Origin: an uncultured Clostridia bacterium
GTDB taxonomy: Bacteria; Bacillota; Clostridia; TANB77; CAG-465
NCBI GenBank assembly: GCA_944386345.1
Contig: CALXAR010000003.1
Location: forward strand, 1-59,628
Direction of reading: 5' to 3'
Length of the DNA stretch: 59,628 nucleotides
The position numbers and the translations under genes were made by a program. The notes below the pieces were generated by a model. It worked only from the letters and a program-made list of their open reading frames with translations. It made no database searches and had not been told where the DNA came from. Position 1 is the first letter of the stretch; every line of letters begins with the position of its first letter. Below, piece after piece: positions 1 to 10,155 of the stretch.

Positions 1-1
1 A

Positions 2-139
2 AATGAGTATATAAATATAATAGATAATACAAGTCTTACATATGCTGATATAGAAAAAATGAATAAAAATTCAATTAAGGCAGCTTTTTTATCTATTGAT
101 GAAAAGAACAAATTATTAAATAAATATTGGGAGGAATAG
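2..139 (+). CDS. 3' end of probable adenosine deaminase (partial, runs off window)
   Basis: Frame 2 reads NEYINIIDNTSLTYADIEKMNKNSIKAAFLSIDEKNKLLNKYWEE*, resembling the EY...N.i.aaFl...eK C-terminus of adenosine deaminases; not in ORF track. Confidence 0.6.
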   Translation, partial: NEYINIIDNTSLTYADIEKMNKNSIKAAFLSIDEKNKLLNKYWEE

Positions 140-141
140 TA

Positions 142-741
142 GTGAGGACTAATAATTACTTAGGAAGTCGTGACGAAAATAGAGGAATAGTTTTATTTGG
201 ATTAGTGTTTGGAGTTTTACTTGTTATAGTGCTTGCAATAACTTTTGTTGTAAACTCTAACAATAAAGAAAAAGGAGTCTCAAATCAACATGCACTTTCA
301 ACAGTGGTTGAGAGTCAAATGTGTGATATAAATACATTTGAAGAAGATAATGGAAGACTTATAATTGAAGGAGAGCTTAGTGAAGAAGTCAATGAGTATA
401 TAATTAGAAATTTACAAACAGTTGAGCTAGTTTTGAAAGACTCAACAGGAGATAAGTATGTATATACTACAGATTATTATCTATCTACAGAAGGAATTGA
501 GTTTTCCTCAATTCAAGAAGATGAAGAGGAGAGTAATATAATATTAAGTGAAATAGATAAGGGAAACTATTATGTATTATTAAGAGTAAGGTATGAAAAC
601 TCTAATAATGAAGACGGATATGTATATAGATATTATACTTTTAAGAATAATACAGAAAACAATAATGTAGAAATGGAAGGAATGAATATTTACTTCGATA
701 TAATTGATGATTCTTTTAGCTATTTGACTATAGAAAAATAA
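142..741 (+). CDS. Membrane-anchored acidic hypothetical protein
   Basis: GGAGG RBS before GTG at 142; one N-terminal TM helix followed by an acidic domain. Confidence 0.7.
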   Translation: MRTNNYLGSRDENRGIVLFGLVFGVLLVIVLAITFVVNSNNKEKGVSNQHALSTVVESQMCDINTFEEDNGRLIIEGELSEEVNEYIIRNLQTVELVLKDSTGDKYVYTTDYYLSTEGIEFSSIQEDEEESNIILSEIDKGNYYVLLRVRYENSNNEDGYVYRYYTFKNNTENNNVEMEGMNIYFDIIDDSFSYLTIEK

Positions 742-773
742 AAGGATTTTAGAGTTAACTCTAAAATCCTTTT
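740..773. terminator. Bidirectional intrinsic terminator
   Basis: AAAGGATTTTAGAG-ttaa-CTCTAAAATCCTTT perfect stem between convergent genes. Confidence 0.85.
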
Positions 774-1202
774 TTAATCTAAATCTCTTAAAGAATAGAA
801 TTTTTTTGCTCTCATTAGTGTTGAGTGTACACCTTCTTTGTAGTTTCTAACGTATGAAGTGTTATCCCATTTTCCATCTTTAAATGTTGCTACTTTTTTA
901 AATAATATTTTTTTATTTTCAAAATCTATTTTTTCTACTTTAAAAATTTCAACTGTGCTTCCATCAATATTATAATTTGATTGAATTAAAACACATTTAT
1001 TAGAAATCCTTACTAGGTGTCTAACTTTTGTATAGTTTTCTAATGTTCTAATTATCTTAGTAAGCTTTCCGTTTGATGAGCAAATAGCGCTTGATTGCCC
1101 ATATCTTACATTAGGAGCAGCAAATCTAATTGTTTGAACCCAAATTGCTGGAAAACCTTTCTTAGTAACAGATAATGTTTTTTCTAATTTTTCTTCTTCC
1201 AT
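774..1202 (-). CDS. Hypothetical basic protein
   Basis: 142-aa ORF with AAGGAAGG RBS on the minus strand; no motif recognised. Confidence 0.65.
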   Translation of the reverse strand: MEEEKLEKTLSVTKKGFPAIWVQTIRFAAPNVRYGQSSAICSSNGKLTKIIRTLENYTKVRHLVRISNKCVLIQSNYNIDGSTVEIFKVEKIDFENKKILFKKVATFKDGKWDNTSYVRNYKEGVHSTLMRAKKFYSLRDLD

Positions 1203-1354
1203 AATTAATACCTTCCTTGATAAAAAAATTATAACATATAGTATTTATAAAGTCAAAAAAATATTTTTTAAAATTTTGTAAAAAAATGTATACATATATT
1301 TCTTTTTTTGTTATAATCTTATTTGAATTCATTAATTATTTTAGGAGGTATTAT

Positions 1355-1801
1355 ATGCAACTTAAGAAGGGCTTTACTGAAGATATCGAGAGAATTTGTA
1401 GAGCTGCTGAAGATTTTGTTGTTGAAGGAAATACTAAGGATGCCTATAGAAAATATAAAGAAGCACTTGATATAATTCCTGAGCCTAAGACATCATATGA
1501 GACTGCCACTTGGATTTTTGTTTCAATCGGGGATTTATATTTTAAAAATAAACAGTACGATATGGCAAGGGACTATTTTTTTGAAGCTAAAAATTGTCCT
1601 AATGGAGTAAGTAATCCATATGTACTTTTTAGATTAGGACAAACTTTAGTAGAAACAAAAGATAACAATCGAGCAAAGGAATTCTTACTAAGAGCATACA
1701 TGTTGGTCGGAGAAGATATTTTTTGGGATGAAGATGAAAAGTATTATAACGTTATAAAAGATTTAATAAAGACAGAAGATAGTGATAGTAGCATTTATTG
1801 A
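1355..1801 (+). CDS. Tetratricopeptide repeat protein
   Basis: AGGAGG RBS before ATG 1355; TPR-type helices (SIGDLYFKNKQYDMARDYF, RLGQTLVETKDNNRAKEFLLRAY). Confidence 0.8.
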   Translation: MQLKKGFTEDIERICRAAEDFVVEGNTKDAYRKYKEALDIIPEPKTSYETATWIFVSIGDLYFKNKQYDMARDYFFEAKNCPNGVSNPYVLFRLGQTLVETKDNNRAKEFLLRAYMLVGEDIFWDEDEKYYNVIKDLIKTEDSDSSIY

Positions 1802-1936
1802 TTTTAGTCATAGATGTTACTATTTTTTGTATAAAATGAATTAAAAAAAAGTTGAAATTTAACATAATATATGATATAATCTCTCACATAAACAGCAGGT
1901 AAAATCTAAAAATAATTTTTTAGGAGGTATATTTTT

Positions 1937-2230
1937 ATGTTGATGTGGATAATTCAAATTTTACTAATTATATTAATCATGAGATTTATAGAAGAGATTG
2001 GAATTTGGGGCTCTTGTATACTATTTGGTGTATTACATGTAATCGGTGCATTATTTGGAACAATTACCTTTGGAGGCTTGATAATGGCCTTTATTACAGG
2101 TGTTGTGTATGGTTTCTTTGCTTTTTTAATAGCGAAGGTACTTTTAATTGTTATTGACGTACTAGGAAGTGTAGGAGCAGCACTTATCGGACTGATAGTC
2201 ATACTTGCAATCTTAGCTATAATTTTTTAA
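1937..2230 (+). CDS. Small integral membrane protein
   Basis: AGGAGGT RBS; sigmaA-like promoter TTGAAA-17-TATAAT at ~1852-1880; almost entirely hydrophobic; hairpin terminator after stop. Confidence 0.75.
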   Translation: MLMWIIQILLIILIMRFIEEIGIWGSCILFGVLHVIGALFGTITFGGLIMAFITGVVYGFFAFLIAKVLLIVIDVLGSVGAALIGLIVILAILAIIF

Positions 2231-2336
2231 AGGAGATAAATTAATCTCCTTTTTTTTGTCAAAATTTTTGGTACGATTTTCTTTGACTTCTAATCATTGT
2301 GACGATATAATTATCTTGCCTAAAGGAGGTGAGAGT

Positions 2337-2873
2337 ATGTATGTAAAAAGAATTGTTTTATCGTTATTTTTTGTTTTATTAATTTTTTCTATTATTTATT
2401 TTTTTATTCCCCAAAACGAAAAAATAATTCCTAAAAAAATAAATCTAGATAATATAAATTTATATCAAGAAAATAGTACTTTTATTCAAAATGATATTTG
2501 GACTCTAACAATTGAAAAAATAAATTTAATTAATGTTCCCATCAAAGATAGTGTAGAAGAGGATATATTGGAAAATTATATTGGTCATTTCCCTATTAGT
2601 TCATATTATAATGGTAATGTATGTCTTGCAGCACATAACTCAGGATTTCTTATAAATTATTTTAAAGATTTAAATACTCTAGAATATAACGATGAGATTA
2701 AATATAATTATTATGGAAATATAAAAGTATATAAAGTGACAGAAAAGTATATTGTAGATGAAGAAGAACTTAATGTTTTAGCAGTTGATTTTAAAGATAA
2801 AATGACTCTAATAACATGCATAACTGGCTCACCTTCTAAGAGGCTATGTATAGAAGCTATTAGTAAGGAGTGA
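2337..2873 (+). CDS. Sortase, class D-like
   Basis: AAGGAGGT RBS before ATG 2337; N-terminal TM; catalytic His (LAAHN), TLITC and downstream Arg (KRLCI). Confidence 0.9.
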   Translation: MYVKRIVLSLFFVLLIFSIIYFFIPQNEKIIPKKINLDNINLYQENSTFIQNDIWTLTIEKINLINVPIKDSVEEDILENYIGHFPISSYYNGNVCLAAHNSGFLINYFKDLNTLEYNDEIKYNYYGNIKVYKVTEKYIVDEEELNVLAVDFKDKMTLITCITGSPSKRLCIEAISKE

Positions 2874-2877
2874 TTTA

Positions 2878-4443
2878 GTGGAAAAAATTTACCAATACAA
2901 AAATAATGTTATCACAACTATTCAAAAAAATAAAAGAAGGATTAACGCATATATAAGGCAGAGTAAAATAAGAAGAATAAAAGTATATATAATTCTTTTT
3001 TGCATGTTATTTACCTCACTTAATTCGGTATTTGCGCTTGAAAATGAAAATATATATTATGGCGAATATAAAATACAGTGCTTTAAAGACCCATATATGT
3101 ATATTAAATATAATGGAGTTATGCAGGCAAATTACGAGTATTATTATATAAAAGATGGAGCTGAGTATCCGGTATATTGTTTAAATCTTGGGTTAAAAGG
3201 TGCAGAAGATAACTATAATGGATATATAGTAAATGGAGATAAGAAAATTACTGATGAGAAACTTCAGCTTATTATTTTAAATTCATATCCATATAAGTCT
3301 GTTGAAGAGTTAGGCTTAAATAATATTCATGAAGCTAAGTTTGCTTCACAATTTGCAATTTGGTGTTATCTAGAAAATCTAAACTTAGATTTAATTGAGC
3401 CTATTAGCGATATGAATATAAAATTAGTTGAGACTATAAAAGAAATATATAACTGTATAAATGGAGATATTAACCAAAAGAGTGTAGATATTGAATTTAG
3501 TGTTAATTCACAAAATTTAGAGAAAATTGAAAATGAAGTATATTATACTAGAGAATTTTTAGTGACTAACAAAAAGAATATAATAAAAGTGGATGTGCTA
3601 AGTACAGATAGTAAAGCTAGAGTTATAAAGCTTTCTGATGATAAGTACAAGGTATGTGTTCCAGTAGAGATTGTTAAAGACGACTACAAGGTAAATCTTA
3701 AAGTTAATGTAAGTGCAAAAGAAAATGTTGCTCTTTTTGGTAAGACTACGATAGATGGATATCAAGATGTCGCAATTACTTTAAAAGATAATTTTGATTT
3801 GAACTTAGAAGAAACTATTTTATTTAATAAATATGAAACAAATATAAAAATTGTAAAAAAAGATAAAGATACAAATGATACACTAGAAGGAATAAAATAT
3901 GGTATTTATGATAAAGATAATAATATTTTGGGAGAATATTTAACAGATAAAAACGGTGTTATAGACTTTAGCCTGTTTTATCCTTCAAAAGAGAAAATAT
4001 ATATTAAAGAGCTTGATACAAAAGATGAGTATAAATTAGATTCTAATGTATATGAATATATAATTGAACCAAATACTAGTTTAAACTTAGAATACTTTAA
4101 TGAAAAAAAGAAAGGATATATTGAAATTATAAAAAAGAGTAAGGAGTATAATGAGCTTACTAAATTACCAGAAAATTCACCTTTAAAGGATGTATGTTTT
4201 GAGATTTTAGATGAAAATTATAATGTGATTGATAAATTAAAAACAGATGAGTATGGATATGCAAAATCTAAAGCGTTACCTTTAGGAAAGTATTATATTA
4301 AGGAGACTCAGACTAATAAACATTATAAGATAATGGATAAAGTAATAGAGGTTAATATTATAAAAGAAAATGATGAGGTTAATGTTCAGATATTAAATGA
4401 TAATGTGACAATAGAAGAAAAATTACCAGTAACAGGTAGATAA
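2878..4443 (+). CDS. Cys-Gln thioester-domain surface protein with SpaA/CnaB-type repeats and terminal LPVTG
   Basis: Signal peptide (..SVFA), YPVYCLN and ASQFAIW thioester motifs, two SpaA-like domains (IKIVKKD..TDKNG; IEIIKKS..TDEYG..LPLGKYYIKE), ends EEKLPVTGR*. Confidence 0.85.
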   Translation: MEKIYQYKNNVITTIQKNKRRINAYIRQSKIRRIKVYIILFCMLFTSLNSVFALENENIYYGEYKIQCFKDPYMYIKYNGVMQANYEYYYIKDGAEYPVYCLNLGLKGAEDNYNGYIVNGDKKITDEKLQLIILNSYPYKSVEELGLNNIHEAKFASQFAIWCYLENLNLDLIEPISDMNIKLVETIKEIYNCINGDINQKSVDIEFSVNSQNLEKIENEVYYTREFLVTNKKNIIKVDVLSTDSKARVIKLSDDKYKVCVPVEIVKDDYKVNLKVNVSAKENVALFGKTTIDGYQDVAITLKDNFDLNLEETILFNKYETNIKIVKKDKDTNDTLEGIKYGIYDKDNNILGEYLTDKNGVIDFSLFYPSKEKIYIKELDTKDEYKLDSNVYEYIIEPNTSLNLEYFNEKKKGYIEIIKKSKEYNELTKLPENSPLKDVCFEILDENYNVIDKLKTDEYGYAKSKALPLGKYYIKETQTNKHYKIMDKVIEVNIIKENDEVNVQILNDNVTIEEKLPVTGR

Positions 4444-4518
4444 TAATTAATAAATTTGTATAAAAATGTTGTTTTTACTTAGTATATATTATATAATTTA
4501 GTCCGGAGGATGATTATT

Positions 4519-5583
4519 ATGCCTAAAACGTGGTATAAAATTGTAATTGCTATAGTAATAGTAATATTAGTTATATTACTCCTAGGATTTGCTATATTAG
4601 TTTTTTCCGAGTATTTTCCAGAAGATACAGAAAGTTTAAATATAGAAGGTGAAAAGTCTAAAGACTTAAAAATAGATGAAACTGCTACTATTATTACATA
4701 TAATTTAGGATATCTATCTTTAGATAATACACAAGACTTTTTTATGGATGGAGGAGAAAATGTTCGTCCTAAAAATGCTACTACTGTAACTAAAAATTTA
4801 GCAGCAGTTAAAAGCTTTATAGAAAATCAAGATGCTGATATTTTTTTATTTCAAGAAGTAGATACTAATGCAAAAAGATCATATAATATTAATGAATATG
4901 AGCAATTAAAGGAAGACTTTGACGGAACATCTACATTTGCATATATGTTTAAGTCATTATATATTCCATATCCAGTATTTAATACTGTAGGGCACGTAGA
5001 AAGTGGAGTGATGACTCTAAATAGATTTGATGTAAATTCTGCAACTCGTATTGCATTACCAAGTGCGTATAATTGGCCTGTAAGAGCTGTAATGTATAAA
5101 AATTGTCTTTTAGAGCAAAGAGTAACAATAGACGGCTCAGATAAAGAGCTAGTAGTATATAACGTTCATTTAGATGCGTATGGTAAAGAGGAAGGAAAAA
5201 CAGAGCAATTAGATATACTAATTAATAAAATGAAAGAGGAATATGATAAGGGAAATTATGTAATAGCTGGTGGAGACTTTAATCAGACTTTTCCAGGTGT
5301 TGATACAGAAAAATTTCCTGTTGTAAATACAGATAATTTTGTTCCTACGCAAATGTCTGAAGATTATTTACCAGAAGATTTTAAGTTTGTTACTGATTTA
5401 GAAAGACCATCTTCAAGACTATTAAATGAGGTCTATAGCGGTAGCTACGACAATACTCAGTTATATATAATTGATGGATATATTGTTAGTGAAAATGTGG
5501 ATGTTGAAAGTGTTGAAACTATAGAGAATAACTTTTCATATAGTGATCATCATCCAGTAAAATTAGAAGTTAGATTAAAATAG
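4519..5583 (+). CDS. Endonuclease/exonuclease/phosphatase family membrane-anchored protein
   Basis: TYNLG, FQEVD, NVHLDA, GGDFNQ, IDG and SDHHPV motifs; N-terminal TM. Confidence 0.9.
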   Translation: MPKTWYKIVIAIVIVILVILLLGFAILVFSEYFPEDTESLNIEGEKSKDLKIDETATIITYNLGYLSLDNTQDFFMDGGENVRPKNATTVTKNLAAVKSFIENQDADIFLFQEVDTNAKRSYNINEYEQLKEDFDGTSTFAYMFKSLYIPYPVFNTVGHVESGVMTLNRFDVNSATRIALPSAYNWPVRAVMYKNCLLEQRVTIDGSDKELVVYNVHLDAYGKEEGKTEQLDILINKMKEEYDKGNYVIAGGDFNQTFPGVDTEKFPVVNTDNFVPTQMSEDYLPEDFKFVTDLERPSSRLLNEVYSGSYDNTQLYIIDGYIVSENVDVESVETIENNFSYSDHHPVKLEVRLK

Positions 5584-5597
5584 AGAGGATAGAAAGT

Positions 5598-6800
5598 ATG
5601 AAGATAAAAGAAAATATCTACTATGTAGGTGTGCTAGATGAGAAACTTAGAGTATTTGACGTTATAATGGAGACAAAATATGGTACATCATACAATTCAT
5701 ATTTAATTAAAGGTAATGACAAAATTGCATTAATTGATACTGTAAAAACAGACTTTTTTGAAGAGTATAAAGCAAATATAGAAAAGTATGCAGATATAAA
5801 AAATATAGATTATTTAATTGTTAATCATACAGAGCCAGATCATTCGGGCTCAATAGGAAAATTACTAGAATTAAATCCAGATATAGAAGTATGTGGAACT
5901 AAGATGGCTATTGATTTTGTAAGAAATATAATTAACTTTGATTTTAAGTCAAATGTTTTAACTGCAAATGATAGTATAGATTTAGGTGGAAAAGAGCTTA
6001 AGTTCTTTGCATTTCCAATGCTTCATTGGCCAGACTCAATGTATACATACTTAAAAGAAGATAAAATGCTATTTACATGTGATTCTTTTGGTGCGCATTA
6101 TGCAAGTAAGAAGATATATAATGATTTAGAAGAGCCAAATGGTGTTTTAGAAGATAAAACAATAGTAGAACAATACAAATACTATTTTGACGTAATACTT
6201 GGACCTTTTAAGAATCCATTTTTAATAAATGCTTTAAATAAAATTAGCTTAATACCAATTGAATATATATGTCCAGGACATGGCTTAATAATTAGAAAAG
6301 ATGTAGAAAAATATATAGAGCTATATAAGTCATGGTGTAAAGAAGAAGATACATCAAAACTTAAGATAACTGTATGCTATGTCTCTTCATACGGTTATAC
6401 TAAAAAAATGGCACAAGCCTTCGTTAAAGGATTAAAAGAATGCGACGTTGAAGTTAAAGAGTATGACTTACAAAAAGATAGTATGGATGATGCAAAAAAA
6501 GATATCTCCACATCAAATGGTATTATTTTAGGCTCACCAACAATACTTTCTGATGCTCTAGCACCAATGTATGAGGTGATGTCAGTATTAAATCCAATTT
6601 TAAATAAAGGAATGTATGCTTTAGCTTTTGGTTCGTATGCATGGAGTGGAGAAGCCGCATTAAATATTGAAGCAAGGTTTAAATCTTTAAAATTCAATAT
6701 ACCAATTGAAGCAGTAAGAGTAAAATTGAATCCATCAGATTATGATTTAAAGCAGATAGAAGAGTTAGCAAAGAAATTTGTAGACGAAATAAAAAATTAG
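5598..6800 (+). CDS. fprA: Flavodiiron protein (A-type flavoprotein)
   Basis: HTEPDH, HWPD, TCDSFG, PGHG metallo-beta-lactamase ligands plus C-terminal flavodoxin (SSYGYT, FGSYAWSG). Confidence 0.92.
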   Translation: MKIKENIYYVGVLDEKLRVFDVIMETKYGTSYNSYLIKGNDKIALIDTVKTDFFEEYKANIEKYADIKNIDYLIVNHTEPDHSGSIGKLLELNPDIEVCGTKMAIDFVRNIINFDFKSNVLTANDSIDLGGKELKFFAFPMLHWPDSMYTYLKEDKMLFTCDSFGAHYASKKIYNDLEEPNGVLEDKTIVEQYKYYFDVILGPFKNPFLINALNKISLIPIEYICPGHGLIIRKDVEKYIELYKSWCKEEDTSKLKITVCYVSSYGYTKKMAQAFVKGLKECDVEVKEYDLQKDSMDDAKKDISTSNGIILGSPTILSDALAPMYEVMSVLNPILNKGMYALAFGSYAWSGEAALNIEARFKSLKFNIPIEAVRVKLNPSDYDLKQIEELAKKFVDEIKN

Positions 6801-6822
6801 TGCAGAGTAATCTGCACTTTTT
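6799..6822 (+). terminator. Intrinsic terminator
   Basis: AGTGCAGA-gtaa-TCTGCACT followed by T run. Confidence 0.8.
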
Positions 6823-6860
6823 CTTGTAATATGTCTAGAAATATATTATAATCTAACAAG

Positions 6861-7715
6861 GTGAAATATATGGTTGTTATAACTTTATTAATTATACTAA
6901 TAATTATAGCTTTAATACTAATATATATTAGTAATAATTGCTTAAAAGTTACTAGATATATTGTAAAAAATAATAAAATACCAGAATCATTTGAAGGATT
7001 AAAAATAGTACATATAAGTGATGTTCATAGTAAGATTTTTGGAAAGAATAATTATAAATTTTTTGAAAAGATTAATGAAATAAATCCAGATGTGATTTTT
7101 ATGACCGGCGATATAATAGATGATTCAGAAAAGAATATAAAAGGATATGTCAATATATACAAAGAGCTATTTAAAAGATATCCTATATATTATTCTATAG
7201 GAAATCATGAAAGAAAACTAGGATATAACAAATATAAAGAGTATATATCATTATTAAAAGAAAATGGAGTAAATGTTATTGTAAATGGCAGTACATATTT
7301 TAAAAAAGGAAATGAAAAAATAAAGATAAACGCATTGAAGTTTAGAGAGAATATGCAACCTAGAGTTTTAACTACTCAAAAGAAAGACAAATATATTAAT
7401 TATATGAAGAAAAAACTAAATGATATAGATACTAATGAGTTTAATGTTTTGCTTGCGCATGATCCTGAAAATTTTGAAATGTATGAAAAGCTAAAGGTTG
7501 ATTTAGTGTTTTCTGGTCATGTTCATGGAGGGCTTATAAGATTTGGAAAAGTCTGTCTTTTATCACCTAGAAGAAGATTTTTTCCAAAATACTCATATGG
7601 AAAAAATACAATAAATAAAACTACGATTATTACTAGCTCAGGTATAGGTAGTGCAACAATACCAATTAGATTATTTAATAGGCCTGAGATAGTAGAAGTA
7701 ATTCTTAAAAGATAG
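6861..7715 (+). CDS. Calcineurin-like metallophosphoesterase (YkuE/YaeI-like)
   Basis: SDVH, TGDIID, GNHE, AHDP, SGHVHGG motifs; N-terminal TM. Confidence 0.9.
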   Translation: MKYMVVITLLIILIIIALILIYISNNCLKVTRYIVKNNKIPESFEGLKIVHISDVHSKIFGKNNYKFFEKINEINPDVIFMTGDIIDDSEKNIKGYVNIYKELFKRYPIYYSIGNHERKLGYNKYKEYISLLKENGVNVIVNGSTYFKKGNEKIKINALKFRENMQPRVLTTQKKDKYINYMKKKLNDIDTNEFNVLLAHDPENFEMYEKLKVDLVFSGHVHGGLIRFGKVCLLSPRRRFFPKYSYGKNTINKTTIITSSGIGSATIPIRLFNRPEIVEVILKR

Positions 7716-7827
7716 TATTATCTGTAAAAAGCAGATAATACATTTTTTTACTAAAAGATATAATTAATGTTGCATTTTTATGTAACATATGCTATAATTA
7801 AAATACGTGTTTTAAAGGGAGGAAAAA

Positions 7828-8562
7828 ATGGAAGAGTTAGATATAATCGAGTTATTATATGCTCTAAAAAATAAAGTAAAATATATAATAGTAACTGTAC
7901 TAATATGCGCAGTATTAGGACTTGTGTATTCTAAATTCTTAGTTACACCAATGTATAGATCTAGTACAACATTTGTATTATCTAAATCAACAGATAGTAC
8001 AACTCCAAACGACATAAATCAAACTAGTGAAGCTATAACTCAAAACGATGTTACTTTAAACTCAAAACTAGTTTCTACTTATAGTGAGATAATAAAAAGT
8101 AAGAGTATCGCAAAAGAAGTAATCAATTCATTAGGTTTAGATATGAGTGTTGAAGAATTTACATCTAGTGTGTCTGTAACATCAAAAGATGATACAGAAC
8201 TAATTGAAATTACTGTCTCAAACAGTGATGCTAAACTTAGTGCAGATATTGCAAATTCTCTTGCAGAAGTTTTTAGAGAAAGAGTAAATGAGATATATAA
8301 GATAGACAACTTATCAGTAATAGATATTGCAGAGCCTAGTGATACACCATATAATATAGGAACAGTAAAAAATATATTATTATTTGCCCTTGTTGGACTT
8401 ATATTATCATGTGGGGTAATATTTGTTATTGTTTATTTTGATGATACAGTAAAGGATGAAAAGGATATAGAGGCTTTACTTGAAATACCTGTTATTGCAT
8501 CTATACCTAAATTAGAAGATGATAGCGAAGGAGGTTGGTTTAAATGGAAAAGAGCGAAATAA
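7828..8562 (+). CDS. BY-kinase transmembrane modulator (CpsC/CapA/Wzz family)
   Basis: Two TMs flanking an extracellular loop, TPMYRSST motif, C-terminal DDTVK..LEIPVIASIP. Confidence 0.9.
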   Translation: MEELDIIELLYALKNKVKYIIVTVLICAVLGLVYSKFLVTPMYRSSTTFVLSKSTDSTTPNDINQTSEAITQNDVTLNSKLVSTYSEIIKSKSIAKEVINSLGLDMSVEEFTSSVSVTSKDDTELIEITVSNSDAKLSADIANSLAEVFRERVNEIYKIDNLSVIDIAEPSDTPYNIGTVKNILLFALVGLILSCGVIFVIVYFDDTVKDEKDIEALLEIPVIASIPKLEDDSEGGWFKWKRAK

Positions 8563-9266
8563 TTGTAAATGATTTTCCTCGTTCACCAGTTTCAGAATCT
8601 TTTAGGCTTTTTAGAACTAATTTATTATACTTATTTGAAAATGATGATAGTAAAGTAATCTGTTTGACAAGTTCTAATGCAGGAGAGGGAAAAAGCTGGG
8701 TTACAGCAAACCTTGCTATCTCTTGTGCACAATATGGAAAAAAAGTCTTAATAATTGATGCTGACTTGAGAAAAGGAAGACAACATAGAATTTTTAAAAA
8801 GTCAAATAGAGCAGGTTTATCTGACTTACTTAAAAATTTAAGAGGAAAATTAACAAAAGAAGATGAGCAAAAGATAGAAGAAGAGCTAACTGTAAAAATA
8901 CAAGATACAGAAGTGCCAAATGTTTATCTTTTAACATCAGGACCAGTTCCATTTAATCCTTCTGAGTTGCTTGGAACTGCAAATGTTGAATTTTTACTAA
9001 ATTTACTTAGAAAAGAATTTGATTTAATTATAATTGATACACCTCCAGCTTCTATTATAACTGATGCTTTAATATTTGCAAATAAAGTTGACTATATGTT
9101 TATAGTTGCAGCATCAAGAAAAACTAAAAAAGAGCTACTACTTAATACTAAGAAAGCTATTGAGTCAGTTGGAGGAAAGATACCAGGAATAATCTTAAAT
9201 CAAATATCATCTGATAGAAGAAAAGAGTATTCTAAGTCTTATCAAAAGTATGTTATTGAAAAATAA
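8544..9266 (+). CDS. Bacterial tyrosine kinase (CpsD/CapB family)
   Basis: SESFRLFRTN, Walker A GEGKS, IIDADLR, IIIDTPP, C-terminal Tyr cluster EYSKSYQKY. Confidence 0.92.
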   Translation: MEKSEIIVNDFPRSPVSESFRLFRTNLLYLFENDDSKVICLTSSNAGEGKSWVTANLAISCAQYGKKVLIIDADLRKGRQHRIFKKSNRAGLSDLLKNLRGKLTKEDEQKIEEELTVKIQDTEVPNVYLLTSGPVPFNPSELLGTANVEFLLNLLRKEFDLIIIDTPPASIITDALIFANKVDYMFIVAASRKTKKELLLNTKKAIESVGGKIPGIILNQISSDRRKEYSKSYQKYVIEK

Positions 9267-9331
9267 ATATATAGTTTACAGAGTAGATAGCAATATTTAC
9301 TCTGTTTTTGATATTGAAAGGGGAATTAAAA

Positions 9332-10078
9332 ATGCTTGATTTGCATTGTCATATTATACCTTATACTGACGATGGTGCATTAGATACAAATACAAGTATA
9401 GAAATGGGCAAAAAAGCACAAGAGCTTGGATATACAGGAATATTTGCAACATCACATTATATTATTCATGATAATGAGCTTGTAAATAAAGAGTATATAA
9501 ATAATATTAAAAAATTAAATGAGCTGTTTGAAATGGAAAATATAAATGTTAAAGTATATAATGGTAATGAAGTTTTTTTCACCAATAATTTATTAGATTT
9601 AATTCTTGAAAAAAAGGTATGTACTTTAGCAGATTCTAGATATGTTCTTGTTGAGCTTCCTTTGTTTAATAACATTATACCTATTAATGTCTTTGATGAG
9701 TTTAATAGATTACAGGATGCAGGATATATACCAATTTTAGCTCATCCAGAGAGGTATGATTTTGTTACGAAAGATGTAAATAGCTTAGTTCAACTTATTG
9801 AATCTGGGGTTTTAATTCAGTCAAATATTGGAAGTATTGACGGAAAGTATGGTAAAAATGCTAAAAAAAATATAAAGAAAATGCTTAAGCTAAACATGGT
9901 TCATTTCTTTGGAACAGACTCTCATAATACAACAGTATATGATATTTATGAGAAGTCTATAAAATCAATAAAAAAAGTTGTAAAAGATGAAGAACTATTA
10001 AATAAGATATTTGTTGAAAATCCAAATAAAGTCTTAAATAACGAAAGAATATCTGTATGGTATCCTAAGTCTAAGTAA
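9332..10078 (+). CDS. PHP-family tyrosine phosphatase (CpsB/CapC)
   Basis: DLHCHIIP..DDG, TSHY, AHPERY, GTDSH motifs. Confidence 0.92.
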   Translation: MLDLHCHIIPYTDDGALDTNTSIEMGKKAQELGYTGIFATSHYIIHDNELVNKEYINNIKKLNELFEMENINVKVYNGNEVFFTNNLLDLILEKKVCTLADSRYVLVELPLFNNIIPINVFDEFNRLQDAGYIPILAHPERYDFVTKDVNSLVQLIESGVLIQSNIGSIDGKYGKNAKKNIKKMLKLNMVHFFGTDSHNTTVYDIYEKSIKSIKKVVKDEELLNKIFVENPNKVLNNERISVWYPKSK

Positions 10079-10107
10079 AAGTAAGTAAATTTTTACTTAC
10101 TTTTTTT
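10077..10107 (+). terminator. Intrinsic terminator
   Basis: AAAAGTAAGTAAA / TTTACTTACTTTT inverted repeat plus T run. Confidence 0.7.
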
Positions 10108-10155
10108 ATGTTTATTTTTTTAATATCATATGGTATAATGCTAGCAGGTGATTAT

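Noticed and set aside
4441-4518. Stop-codon readthrough or frameshift supplying a TM tail to the LPVTG protein
   Set aside because: Tandem TAA TAA and further stops in the other frames; the gap is short and promoter-like
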